The position numbers were made by a program, and so were the translations under genes. Positions 1-12,968 of a stretch of DNA of 64,000 bases are shown one piece after another. This DNA is from Felis catus (Eukaryota). The stretch is taken from contig NC_058368.1 of the NCBI RefSeq assembly GCF_018350175.1, positions 228,410,001 to 228,474,000 on the forward strand, read 5' to 3'. Under the pieces are notes generated by a model that saw only the letters and a program-made list of their open reading frames with translations, had not been told where the DNA came from and ran no database searches. Position 1 is the stretch's first letter; every line of letters begins with the position of its first letter.

Positions 1-27
1 CATGGTCTTCTGTTAAGTTTCTCAGGA

Positions 28-140
28 TCCAAGCTGTAATCATCAAGACAGCATGGTATTGGCACAAACACAGACACATAGACCAATGGAATAGAATAGA
101 GACTCCAGAAATGGACCCACAAGAGTATGGCCAACTATAC
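28..140 (+). mobile_element. L1 ORF2 fragment
   Basis: Encodes [35 protein letters not shown], homologous to the L1 ORF2 segments near 18880-18990 and 47900-48000 in this window. Confidence 0.9.
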
Positions 141-1220
141 CTTGATTTTTTTAAAGAAAATTTGAATAGCCATAGCAAAATTTCTGTGAAGTATTTTATG
201 TGCAAAAACATTTTGAGTGATTTTATTGATAAAGAAATTTGTATATTTCCTATGATAATATTTTAATGTTTTCTTAATGGCCTGATACTAGATTACTATA
301 AAAAAAAGAAGACGATTTGTCATCTAAAAAAAAAAAAAAAAAAAAGAAAGACAATTCAGCTATAAAACTACCTTCAAATACCTAAAGTGGGTTGGATGCA
401 GTCAAAGCCCTGAAATAATAAAATAATAAAACAGTTTGATGTTGAACACCAAATATGAGCTAGGTTAACATGTAAAAATAAAATAGCGGTATGACTTCTT
501 CTGTCTAATGTATATACTTTAGAAAAGAGATAAGAATTTGAGTGGTAAGTAGAGAGAAAGATCCTTAATACATTGACTTATCCTTGAATTTAGCCTTGAA
601 AATAAACATATGCATATATGTATATTGTCTATATAAATTTGTTCATGACACCCATAATTTAAAAACTGCACACTTTTAATGTTCTGTTAAAAGTTTGTGT
701 TTTGTGGGAAGTAATGGATTCTCTTTACATATTAAACATATATTCCCTATAAAAGAATGCATTTTATGACTCAAAAATATTTATTCTCCTGAAAAAAACA
801 GGATCACAGTTTCTGAATATTTGAATATTTTGAATACATACACACCCCCAAATTTACTCTTACATACTTGTACTAAAAGCTCTCAACTACTATAATCCTT
901 GTAAGGAAACTATTTAGGTGAGAAGGAAATTTTTGGTTGAAAGAAGAGTGATCTTAGCCTTAGAAATGAAATTATTATTTGAGATCTCATGTCCACAAAG
1001 CTCTTTTGCCCTCTGATATTTTATCATTTTTATCTACGGAACCATCATGGTGCTTAGCTACAAATCTTGTACTGAAAAACCATTTCCAGTATGAAGATTA
1101 CTTTTTGAGATTCAGAAAATAAAATCTAAAAAGTCAAAAGAGAAAAAAGAATTGCACTCTGATGTATGTATACATACATGTGTACTGAACTTCTGTTTTT
1201 CTCCTGGAATCCTAATGGTT

Positions 1221-1675
1221 GTTGTGATAGGAAGAATTCTAAGATGGCTGCCCCTAGTTCTCCTTCCTGTTGTGTATACGCCCTTCATAATCTTCACGAT
1301 TATGATTTTGATGGATTTTCCTCCTTTGACTAGGTTGTTATATGGCATAATTGACAATTCTCTGGATGGGCCTGCTGGGGCAGGTGTCAGCCTATATGGA
1401 CAGACAGTGAGTGGCACCCCCTAACTGCCAACAAGGAAATGTGGAGCCCAACCCATCAACCCAACATCCCTGAATGATGACAACAAGAATGAGCTTGGAA
1501 GCAGATTTTTCTATAGCTTCTACAGATGAGAACTCAACCCCTCTGATTTCAGCCCCGAGCAGAGAACCCACTCATACCATGCTAGACCTTCTACAGAACC
1601 GTGAGTTAATACATGGGTGCTTTTTACATGTCTAAATTTATGGTAATTTGTTATGCAGTCCTAGAAAGCTAAAAT
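1221..1675 (+). mobile_element. MaLR LTR (MLT1-type), old
   Basis: Starts tgatag...aattctaagatggc and ends aaatttatggtaatttgttatgcag...agaaagctaa, typical MLT1 termini; boundaries approximate. Confidence 0.7.
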
Positions 1676-1742
1676 CAAAGTGTATTTATCAAGGGCCTCT
1701 TTCTAATGTCAGATTTCATGTCTCAAGTCCATCCACCAATGT

Positions 1743-1756
1743 TCTATCTATCTATC

Positions 1757-1787
<31 letters not shown>

Positions 1788-1828
1788 ATCTATGTATCTA
1801 TCATCTATCTATCATCTATGTATCTATC

Positions 1829-1870
<42 letters not shown>

Positions 1871-1890
1871 ATCTATCATCTATCTATCTA
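1743..1890. repeat. (TCTA)n/(TCA) compound tetranucleotide microsatellite
   Basis: Direct reading of about 150 bp of TCTA units with TCA and TGTA interruptions. Confidence 0.98.
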
Positions 1891-2589
1891 TGTTCCTTTG
1901 CTTTTCTTTCTCATGAGCAGGTGAAGATTTGGCTGAGAAGCAGTATCTCAGCAAATCTCTCACCCAGTGATGTCAGTGTGTGGGATGTTTTCCAGCAAAG
2001 ATTGAAAAAATTCATTAAATTCTCTTCTTCATTAAAGTCTGTAGGATTGAGTCTTGTGAAACTGTTATAATGAACACTTCCTTGCTGTCTCAATTGCCAT
2101 CTAAGTGTTTAGGATAATTTGGTAGAAAGTTCCTCTGAGATTCTTGAAACAAAATTTAGAGCAAAAGATAGTCCTGGCTAAGAACTCACCCTTGATGAGC
2201 AATGCTGTGCAAAAAAAGCCGAGAAAGACGTGGATCTGTGAGGTGGCATATTTTTTGTTCGAATTCCTCCACCATGGGATTGTTGCCCCTGTGTTTTTTG
2301 ATTGCTTTATCTGTATAATCGGTAAATATAAAAACGAATTTTAACTAAAACAGAAAGAATTCCGTATAATGTGTGCCATATACACTGGATTGTGGAAGGG
2401 CAAAACTTTGGTAAATGAAGGGAATCAGGCAAAGATTTAACAAATGGACAAAACTGCATATCATAGAAGATAAACTACTATTCAATTGTGGCCTCAAATC
2501 TTAGATTTTGTCCCCTCTCAGGACTTGATAAGAAAGATGATCCAACGTCATTTAATATAATAAATGACCTTTCCATGGACTCTCTAATT

Positions 2590-3165
2590 CTAGCAGCGCT
2601 TTTCAGACTTCAATGCGTGTGCAAAGGAAACGTAGTGTTTCAAAATCCATTTAACGATGCATTTAAGGAGCTTCCACCTGACCTTCAATTGGACGTGATT
2701 AATCTGAGACAGAATGATACGCTGAAAGGCGAATATCAAGAGAGGAAACTCAGGGAATTCTATACATGGCTGATTCCAAGTGATGGACATGCTCGGGTGA
2801 AATCATATATTCGTGGATTTATATCAGTATTTGGTAGTCCCTGTTTGTGTGAAAACATGTTTTCAGAGATGAAATATGGGAAATCCAACCAAATTTGATC
2901 ATAGGAAACACTGACTTTGGAGTGCTAAGCAAAATATTGTCCTCCCGTCCCCCAAAAGAATTCCATTCTTCTTAATTTTAGGTCTGTATTAACAAATAAA
3001 AGTTGTATTCAATTATTCTACATTGATTTTTGTCAGTAAAAATTCAGGAATTGGTTCTCTTTTCTGATGTAAGTTACCTGCATAATATCTTTAATTTTGC
3101 TGTTTGCCCCACAAAGCCTAAATACCTATCATCAGGCCCCTTATGGAAAAAGTGTGCTAGCCTGG
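2590..3165 (+). mobile_element. hAT-Charlie DNA transposon remnant: transposase C-terminus plus 3' end
   Basis: ORF 2488-2898 reads FQNPF..ELPPDLQLDVINL..FISVFGSPCLCENMFSEMK, matching the hAT C-terminal dimerisation domain pattern (FGSTYLCE..FS.MK). It is followed by a MER58/Charlie-like terminus at 3105-3165. Confidence 0.8.
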
Positions 3166-3169
3166 CAGA

Positions 3170-3655
3170 GAGGACTGTCTTTGATCTGGCTCCAGCGGCC
3201 CTCCCCAGTCTTGTCTCACATTATTGCCACCTTGGTCACTCCTCTCCAGCCATACTCGTCTTCCTGCAGTTCATCAAAGCTCTTCTGCCTCAGGGCCCCG
3301 ACAACTGCTCCGTCTTCTCTCTGCTAACATTTATGCATTCTACTGGGCTCAGTTTAAATGTCATTTCCTTAAAGAAGCCCCCTGTGACCTACCCCCTCCC
3401 TGCCAGCTGAGAGTGGTTCATCTCTTCTAATTGCTTTTCAAATCCTGTCTTTCTGGAATGTAAGAAAAAATTCAAGTAGGTGTTTGTTATACTAATAATT
3501 TGTTTAATTTTTGGCTCACCCATTGGACCATACGCTCCGTGACAGCATGAAGTGCATCTATATTGTTCCCTGATATGTCCCTACTGGTGCATAATTAGCA
3601 ATTCTATTTATGTGCACAGCCTGGCTATCGTCGTTGAAAATCTGTTGAATGAATG
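3170..3655 (+). mobile_element. LINE-2 3' fragment
   Basis: Pyrimidine-rich body ending in the L2 tail tgttgaatgaatg. Confidence 0.7.
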
Positions 3656-4819
3656 TTGTGACAGTCTGTAGCTGGAAATTCAACAGTGGCTCTTGTCATA
3701 GCAAATGTCAGGAATATTTCACCAGAGTAACTTCTAAAGGTAGTGACTGGCAAAGTCTCAGTGTTCATTTTATGTATGTATAATCATCTGTGATTTATAT
3801 CTACCTTTGCCGGATGGCTAGTTGGTAAACAAAGTAAAAGAAAGAATACATTTTAAATGAAGTATCTTAAGATTTGATTCATTTTTATAGCTGCCTGTCT
3901 ATAACTAGCACATTCTGATGGGCTGCTGGTGGGGTCACAGGTGCCAACAAAACAAGAAGTTAGCTTGAAGGTTACATAAAACCGTCTTTCCCCCAGTCTT
4001 TGTTCCTATCAGTTGAATTTCATAATATCTATAGATTAACAGACTCTCATTCTGGGGCCAAACATGTTTCAACTTTGCCAGGTGTTAATATCTGTAAATA
4101 TTAATTATAAACACTCTTTTTTGATAAGGCAGATATGATGATGATTCCTGGGCTCATATAAAACAGTGGAGTTTTACCTTCCTTAGATCAACTGTCCAGT
4201 TCACGGCTCTATACAATATCTATGCAAGAGTGTGTATGTCTATATGTGTTATTGAATTAAACTCCCACTTTAACCTACAGGAAATGGAAATTCAGTTCTA
4301 CCAGGATCTTTTCCTCATGCAGGTCCAATACCACTCGCAGGACCAGGGCACAGTGCAAAGAAGGCTCATATCCCATATAGCTCTGTATTTAAAGTTATAC
4401 ATCATGCTCAAATAGGTTAAATAATGTGTGTTCTCTCCTCTGACCTTGACGAATATGTCTTCGTAACATTCAAGAAGATCAGTTTCAAATTAGAATTCTT
4501 ATACTCCTTAGATTTTCTTAATGGAACATGGTAGCACGGGGGGGGGGGGGGGGGGCATTCTCTTTCCAGCTCCTTCCTCCACTCTGGGAACTTAGGCCTG
4601 TATGCATGAACACAGGAGTTTGTGTGTCCAAGAATAATCCACACCTGAGCAAATCACCGATTCTTGACTGTCCCTGCCAACACACAGGGGTGCACGTGCC
4701 TGAGGCGCCATCTGTCCTTGAGAGGATGAACCTGAAGTTGAAGAGGCTTGTGCAGCCCCTGGAAAGAGATTCTGGACTTTTGGACAGAGAATTCAAGGGT
4801 CCCAGATAGTCTAGAATAA

Positions 4820-4990
4820 GGGGTCAACATTTTCTATTAAGGGTCAGACACTAAATAGTTGAGGCTTTGCGGGCCATACAGTTTCTATTGGAACTATCCA
4901 ACTCTACTGTTGTAGTATGAAAGCAACATAGATAATACATGAGTGACCAGACACAGCTGTGTTCCAGTAAATTTATTTAAACATAAAGCT
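4820..4990 (+). mobile_element. MER58-like hAT MITE
   Basis: gggtcaac..ttttctattaagggtcagacactaaatagttgaggctttgcgggccataca resembles the MER58A consensus. Confidence 0.75.
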
Positions 4991-5510
4991 TGTTTGCAAA
5001 CACAAGGAATTCCATGTGGTGGAAGCAGCTTCTGTATAAACTCTTAGGAGCCTTGACACTGGCTGGGGCATAGTGGATAAAGGCCAGGTGGATCCTGGAG
5101 TTTAACAGAAAATCTCTAACTAGAATCCCTGGTTGGGGTGGGACACATGTGCTCTAGTTTACGAGTCTCTGTTGGGAAGAAAGAGATGCAAATATCAAGG
5201 ACACAAAAATATGTCTGATTTGTAACAGGTAAGGACGAAAATGGAGAGGTGAGCAAACAGGGGCACCATGACATGTATTGGCAACGAGTAATGGTGTACC
5301 CTAGTACTGACTAAGGTGGAGAAATACAATATCCAAGCAAGTGATGATTGACAGTGGGTTGGACCAGAAAGCCATGGTGGGAGGTATTGAAAATGGTCAG
5401 ACTCTGGATATAATTTGCGGGTAAAGCCAACAGAGTTGCTGATGGAGTGTGTGTGAGTGTGACACAGACAGGACTTACAGTCATTTTGTCTGGGGTGTCT
5501 TACATAGTGT

Positions 5511-6207
5511 TTGTATTAGTTCCTAGGGCTGCTATAACAAATACCACAAACTGGAGGGCTTAGAACAACAGAAATTTATTATCTCACAGTTCTGGAGGCT
5601 GGAAGTCTGGAATAAGGTGTTGTCAGGGCCATATTTTCTCTGAAGCCTCTAGGGGAGGATCCATACTTGCCTCTTCCAGCTTCTGGTGGTTTCTAGCAAT
5701 ATTTGACATTTCTTATTTTTTTTTTAATGTTTATTTTTGAGAGAGAGAGAGAGAGGCAGAGAGAGAAGGAGACACAAAATCCAAAGCAGGCTCCAGGTTC
5801 CAGGCTCCAGCTGTTAGCACAGAGCCCGACGCAGGGCTCAAACCCACAAACTGTGAGATCATGACCTCCCTCTCAAGCTTAGCCAGGCCACAGGGTAAGA
5901 GCTGAAGTCAGATGCCCAACTGACTGAGCCACGTAGGTGCCCCTATACTTGATATTTTTTAGCTTATAGATTCGTCACTCCAGTCTCTGCCTCCATCATC
6001 ACATGGTGTTCTCCCTAGGTATCTGTGTCTTCCTTCCACATATAAGGACACCAACATACTGAATTTAGGACACTCCCCTCCTTCTTACCAGTATGACTTC
6101 ATCTTAATTTGATTACACGTGCAAAGACCGTGTAATTTGCATTCACAGGTACTTGGACTTAGGATTTGAATATATCTTTGTAGGGGAAACAATTAAACCC
6201 ACAATAC
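5511..6207 (-). mobile_element. MaLR LTR (MLT1) interrupted by a SINE
   Basis: Starts tgtattagttcctagggctgctataacaaataccacaaactgg, a typical reverse MLT1 end, and resumes after the SINE. Confidence 0.8.
5715..5943 (-). mobile_element. CAN-SINE (feline type) carrying a foreign internal insertion
   Basis: polyT, (GA)n and tRNA-derived body ending gccacgtaggtgcccc; insertion at 5867-5901. Confidence 0.95.
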
Positions 6208-8102
6208 GGTCCGTAACTGGACTGCACTGACTCATGGAGTATCTGAAATCTGTGTATCTACACACAAGTTCATATTTCAGGGGTTGGGCCTATCACTGTC
6301 AATAGAGTTTTGAATGTGTCTTGACCTCAGTGATTCAAAGATCTAATTTAATTTCCTTTTAAAGGAAAGTCTGAGCTCTAAAGAGGTCTGAGTTACTTGA
6401 AGAAGCTCTTGAACTGAATCATGGTGGACTTAGCATAAGGATCACCTGACTCTTCCAGAATCATCCAGTGACTCCTTTTTTTGGTGCATAAAGTGGAAAG
6501 AGTAATAATCCAAAGAGGTGCTCTATCACTGTATGGAATAACATGCCAGAGTTTCCTGTTTCCAGCCTGCCTCTAACGTGTTCCATATGAGGCTTCACTT
6601 TGGGCTTGGTGTTCAATTCTAATCCATGGTAACAGTAAAGTTGAATAGAGCATGACACCACATCTGGAATATCTTAGACATGACTGATATACTTAAACAT
6701 GCCAATATATATAGTTTGGAAATGTATATGGCATCCCTCTCAAGCTCAGCCAGGCCACAGGGTAAGAGTATAAGACATCCCTATGCTGGTAGGTGACATT
6801 AGCATGTATATTTTTTCTTTTTTGGTCAAAGGGCTTTCTATCCAGGCTTCTGCTCTTTTCCATGTCTTCAGTCACATTTTTATTCCGTTCTGTTCTCTCC
6901 TGGGCCTTACTGATAAGACTGGTTGTTGTGATGGTAACACGCCCCCTCCCTGCTTCAGTCTGAGCTCCCACGTGTTGATTCTGTCTCTCAAATAGCTGTA
7001 GAACAATCTGTGTGTCTCCAGTGCCTGAGAATAGGGTTGGACCCCTTTCCTCTAGAACAGGAAAACACATCAGCATTTGGTTTCTAACAAGGAAAATAAT
7101 GAAGAGAGGGATAAAAAGGGGGAACATGACATTTATTACCAATAAGTGATGATGCCCAGCCCAGCACTGATTGAAGTAGAGAAATGTTATATTCAGTGAT
7201 TTTTCTTTCTTGATTGTGTAGTTGAAAATACGACTTTTTTCATTTTCTTTTTTGTTTTTTTTTTGTTTTTTGTTTTTTTGCTCCCCAAATAAATGACAAA
7301 AATTGCCTGAAAATACCTGGGAGATGGCAGAACTATAATTCACTTTTTAAAACCAGTAGGAAAGCACTGCAATTTTACTAATGTTCTTTTTTATTACAAA
7401 GGAAAGGAAGAAATGATTTTTTTTCAAAACTAATGTGAATGCTCAAAAGAAACAACAATTATCTGAGACATCATTGTTTCAATTTATTATTACTGATCAA
7501 AGAATGACTCCTTAATTGTATTGGTTGAGCATAACTGTCCTCGACTATCGCCGAGACACTTACATCGCCCCCTCTTTTCTATTTGCAAATTACTGTGCCT
7601 CTGACCTACTGAGAAAATCCCAAAATCATCATGAGAGCACTCTGTTGATTGGACTCCCTGCCACTAAAAACATATGTCTCTCTGCTCAGTCCTCCTCTCT
7701 GCTCTGAGATCTTGGGAGGGGTAGAAACCTTTTCATAGCCAAGGCTAATCCCCTGGTAATTGGAGTCCTGTGGTCTCCTGGAGAAGTTCACAATCAGTCA
7801 TCCCTGCTCTGTTGTTGTTCTGCCCCTGTTCTCTGAAGCATCTTTCTCTTTATGGTAGAAACACTGAAATCCCTACCTTCTTGTATAACAAACAACCTTC
7901 TGTTTACCTTCAGCTATCTCCCTATGCCTTTCCTTCATAGCCAAGTTTCCTAAAAATAAAAATGCAAAACAAAAGAAACAAAAAGACAAACCACTTTCTA
8001 CTCTGTATTTTTTTACACAGAATTTATTACAGTCATAGCGTCATCTACTACATCCCCACTATCCGCTACAAATCACTTAAAATCTAAGGTACTGTTAAAA
8101 GA

Positions 8103-8327
8103 CATTAAAAAAATTTTTTTTAATGTTTATTTACTTTTGAGAGAGAGACAGACAGACAGACAGAATGTGAGCAGAGGAGGGGTGGAGAGAGAGGGAGACA
8201 CAGAATCCGAAGTTGGCTCCAGGCTCCCAGCTGCCAGCACAGAGCCCGACATGGGGCTCAAACACATGAACAGTGAGATCATGACCTGAGCCAAAGTTGG
8301 ACACTGAACCGACTAAGCCACTCAGGT
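8103..8327 (-). mobile_element. CAN-SINE (feline type)
   Basis: ttttaatgtttattt, (GA)n, gagatcatgacctgagccaaagttggac. Confidence 0.95.
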
Positions 8328-8724
8328 GTTTTTTAAGTCATAATTTTACTTGATTTTTCTGCCAGACTGGATATTGATTTAAAACATTGATTCAAACCCT
8401 CTTTAAAACTCTCCTTCCGCTTGGATCAGATTCCTCATTTGGCCTCCGCTGACCCCTGATGGAGGGGACTCTTCATTTCCACCAGCTGGGCTTGGGAGTT
8501 TGGGTTGCATGAGTGGTCACTGCCGATACCACCCCAACAGGAGTGGAGAGGGCACATCGTGATGGCCAGGGTGACCTCTGACACCACAGGGCGTGGGGCC
8601 ATGGCTATCAGGATGAAAGTCCATGACTGTGTCTTTGTAACTTTTTATTTCCATCTACAGCCTTGCTCAGACTAGTCACCCTGCAGGTGTGGTTGAAGGA
8701 ATAAATACGCAAATCTCTGCATTA

Positions 8725-9315
8725 ACTTTTAGTCACTGTCATAACAGGTTACTACAAACTTAGTGACTTACAAACAACACAACTGTATCATCTCCCAGCT
8801 CTGTCGGTCAGAAGTCAGGTACTGCAGGGCTGTGTGGGCATCTCTGTTTGTGTACTAAGGGCATAATCAAGGTTTTGTCAGGACTGCAGTCCTTGACAGG
8901 AATGCACTTCTGATCACCTTCGAGGTCACCAGCTGAATTCAGTTTCTTGCATTTGTAGGACCGGTCCCGTTTCCTTGTTGGCTGTCATCCGGGGTGGGGT
9001 GGATTGTGCAGTCCTTGTTCTTAGTGTCTACTCTTCATGCCTACTATGCGACCTGCTCCAGCGATGGTGGGTCCCATTCTTCACACCTCTTTTACTTCCC
9101 CTTCTGCTGAAACTTTCATGGACTTTTCTGCCCTCCTCCACTGCTTGTGTGATTATATTGGTAAACCTGATAGTCCAGGTTAATTTCTCTGTCTCAGGTC
9201 AGCTAATTCAGGACCTTAATTATATGCACAGAGCTCCTTCAGAGCAGTACCTAGATTAGTGTTTTACTGAATAAGGGGGATCTTCTGGGGACATATTTTG
9301 AACCGTGCCTACATA
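8725..9315 (-). mobile_element. MaLR/ERVL-type LTR, old
   Basis: ataacaggttactacaaacttagtgacttac...gtcagaagtc motif; boundaries approximate. Confidence 0.6.
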
Positions 9316-11410
9316 GTCTCTTTGGGCAAAAATACACGGATGCAAAGAAAAGATCCAAGATAATGTATAATTAAGGGAAAGTTATCAGCACACCAAGACA
9401 ATAACTGCAATGGCATTTCAGTATTTTGAGTACCCTCAGTGAGTTATGTTAAACAGTAGGTATTAAAAGAAGTCAGCAAGATATTGCCTATTCAGGGAAA
9501 TTGTAGTTTTATTCTAGAATGTGAGCTTCATGAGAGGAAAGGCAGATCCTTTGTTTCCTACTCCATTTTCAAGACTTAGTATGGATCATGCATCTACCTA
9601 ATAGATGCTTAATGGATTAGCATCTACCTAATAGATGCTTAATAAATATTTTCTTTTGATTGGCTGACTGAATGGTTTTCTAAGGTGTGAATGTATAAAT
9701 GAAAGGACAGAAATACAATTTCAAGCAGAGAAAAAGCACTGTGAGCTAGAATGCTCTAAACCATGCCTTTCATGTTGAAAACCAAAATGGATGAATGTGG
9801 GCATGACCTTTTGCTTTACAATGGGTCTGTTGGCACAGAGATTTCACCCTGAGAAGAAGGATGTAAAGCTATACCCAGATGGAGGAGGGCTCTTAAGGCT
9901 GAATAAAGGTGTTCAAATCCTTCATAAGGTTAAAGCCACAAAGGTGTTTGAAGAGGGAAGCCAGTGATGAAAGTAAATTTATGAAAGATTAATGGCCAAA
10001 TGGAGGCAGAAAGACAATTGGAAGGCTATTACATATCTGATGTAACAAGCATCCCTAACATCTTCCTGGCTTAATCAAGCACAGTTTCACTCTGGTCATA
10101 ATGTGATCGGAAGTTTGGTAAGTGGCCCTCCACATGGTGATTTGAGGATGTGGTTCCCTTTTTTTTTTTTCTTCTGGTGCTACCATCTTCTACAGCTTCT
10201 TGGGAGTCCCCAGTGGACCCTCTGCATTAAGCTTCCCAAGGAATGAAGTGAGGAAAGATAATGAGGTGGGACATTTGATGGTCAGACCTGGAAATGGCCT
10301 ACATCACCATAACCACGTTCTATCGGGTGGAACCAATCCCGTGGCCTCAAGCTTAGTAATAAGGCAGCTGGAAATGTGGCAACATCATGTGTCTAGGAGC
10401 AGAAAACAAGTGGTTGGCACCTAGCAGTCTCTACTCTGGAACTCTAAAAACTCAGAGAAGTCTTGCATTAAATGCCTGTTTAGCTGTGTTTGGCTTCATG
10501 CTTTTCAAACTTACTTGATCACGATTTTTTAGTTTTAGAACAGTACCTATTGCTAATTCTCATAACTGGTGTTACGAGGTACATAATTTGGGGAAATAGT
10601 TCTAAGTGTCTCTCTTAGAAACTTTTGGTTATATAGCACCTTTTTTTGGAGCACTAGCTAAAGTAAAGACTTTGAGATCTTAGACCTAAATGAATAAACA
10701 TTTTTAAGACAGTAAAATTGATACCTATAGTATAGTTCCTTTTAAGATATAATATGGTCATATTCTAGGGTATTAATTACAACCTCACTAACCCAGTGAT
10801 CTCAAACCTGGAGGTGTCTGAAAATAGGTTTAATACCTATTGAATATGAGGAGCTATCATCGCTTTATTCTTAACAGAGTTTATTGCTTAAGTCAGGAGG
10901 TGTTTCCCTTAGTTTTTAAGAAAGAGTCTTAAAACAAAATATTAGAAAGATTTTAAAGTGCAAAAATCTGGCCTGCTTCTCCGAGAAGAAACCCTCAAGC
11001 AACATAATGTAATGTTTGTTTTTCTAGAGCAGAGAGAAGGTCAAGTCAGTTCTTTTGACATAAATGGACAATAGTGTCACATTGAGAGACCTTAAAAAAT
11101 GGGAATTAGACCCAGAGGAAATAAGACAGGGGCATGAGGTACAGGGTGCAGTGCCGTGAAGATTGTCTTGTTGATTAGTCTCGGAAGGTGATGGTCGATT
11201 TAAAAAACATAAGAATGATAAAAAAAGGTAAAAAAATTAAAAAAAAAGGGAAATGACAGGAAATTTTGCTTACTTTTTGATTTTGTTTTCTCATAAATAT
11301 ATGTCAGGGTTTCTGATGGTTCTAGAAGTGGAGAAAGAGGATGTCTCTCATTATTTTCCAAAAGATCTGCCATTCCCTTGGATAATTCTCCATTCAGAAA
11401 CGCAACTTCC

Positions 11411-11975
11411 TGTTACTGAACCCCAAGTTCAGCTGCCCATCTCTCAAACAGCCAATACTCAAGGGACAAGTTTTGATTGGAAAGAAATTTGAGCTTTATT
11501 CATGAGGCCAGCCACCTGGGAAGAAGGTGGACTCATGTGTAAAAGCCAACTCTGAAATTTCTGCCTGGCCCAGGGAGTTTTTAAGGGGTGTCAGGGTAGC
11601 TGATCAGTGAAGGGAGTAAAGTGGTCTGTAAGATTGCCTACGTGCAGATTTGATGGTTCCAGGTACGGACATTATCTCAGTGCTGGAGAGATGTGCCAGG
11701 GGGTCTGGTTCCTGTTTCTTGATGTGCAGGAAGACTTTGTTCTTTCTACAAAAGGATGCAAGGTCCACCGGTACACAAAGAATGTTACTCAGCTGTTTTC
11801 AAATGTAGTCGGGCCTTCTGGGGAATTTGGTCCTTTATTCCTCAAGGCCAGTGGTCTGCAAAACTCAAAGAAAGTAAGTTAGTTCCATTACAGATCAAGG
11901 GACTTAGGTCAGCAAACACAGAGTGTATAAGCTTGAAGCAAAATAACCCTTATGACCAGTTGGAGTGCTGTTACA
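11411..11975 (-). mobile_element. ERV1-class solo LTR (carnivore family), copy 1
   Basis: TG...CA termini, 4-bp TSD TTCC (11407-11410 and 11976-11979), reverse AATAAA near 11497; homologous to 43900-44536. Confidence 0.85.
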
Positions 11976-12811
11976 TTCCAACCCTAAAAATATTCTTTAT
12001 TTGATCCATAGATTTTATGCCACATTGGAAAAGAAGTTCTTTGGAGACAAATTGAATAATTCTGTTATGGGCCAAACTTTCTGTTATGACCCACAATTAT
12101 GAGGAAACAAATTTAAATTTTTGACTAAGGAATGTTAAATAGACCTTGTTACATCTTGATGTAAACAAGTGCCCTCGGATTTTTTTGTTTGTTTGTTTTT
12201 GAGGATAGACTAGGAGATCAGGCATTGGATGATTCCAAAGTTAAACATTAGCCTTTAGTTATTGGGCAAGAGTCATTTCTAGCTATTTAAAAAAAATGTA
12301 TGCATATTTCTCATTGTTGCTTAAAATGGAAGCACACTGAGGTCTGTGATAAAAGCAGACAAAAAACAGTTATTGGAAAATAAAATTTGGTCTAGTCTCC
12401 AGCTGAAGTTGGGATAATAAATGATTCATGACAGCTGGAGACTCCTAGGGCAAGCTCATAACCAGCTAAGGGGCTTACACTAACCAACATATAGCCCAAA
12501 TTTAAGGATGTGGGCAAGGAACGCACATCCTATACTCTACAAACTGTACGGGTCTAGTATTCTTAATCCAGGGATTTGTAAATAATAAAGTATTGGCATT
12601 CTTCCCGAGTCACAGATTTCTTATCCCATCAATGTTTGTCACCATGATGAAATGAACCGATGCAGAAGGTGATGATGTCCACTCTGGAGGGATTTAGTGG
12701 CTTAGGTATCAAGGTACCCTCCTTATTTCTATTGTGAGACCAACTGTAGAAATGATTAAGGAACTTGATTGTGGCAAAGTAACCCTGGTCTTTCCCAAAT
12801 GCATATAACTC

Positions 12812-12968
12812 TTGTCACTCAAAATGGGGTCCCTGGACAGCAGTACCAACATCACCCGAGAACTTACTAGAAATACAGAAGTTCAAGCATATGTTAGATC
12901 ATTCAACTTAAAGTTTGGAAATTTAACAAGATCCCCAGGTAATACAACACATGGAAAGTTTGAGAATT
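12812..12968 (+). mobile_element. MER5A-like hAT MITE
   Basis: ctcaaaatggggtccctggacagcag...ttaacaagatccccaggt...aagtttgagaa. Confidence 0.7.

Noticed and set aside
1648..2070. 140-aa ORF rich in IYLS repeats
   Set aside because: Translation of the (TCTA)n microsatellite.
2488..2898. GTF2IRD2/ZBED-like domesticated transposase gene
   Set aside because: Only a short C-terminal fragment without an ATG start, followed by a transposon end; a fossil hAT element is the simpler explanation.
6693..7343. 216-aa minus-strand ORF
   Set aside because: Non-ATG start, low-complexity K/N run from a T-rich tract, no recognisable domain.
9581..9643. CRISPR-like repeat-spacer
   Set aside because: Only two units with a 6-nt spacer, in mammalian DNA.
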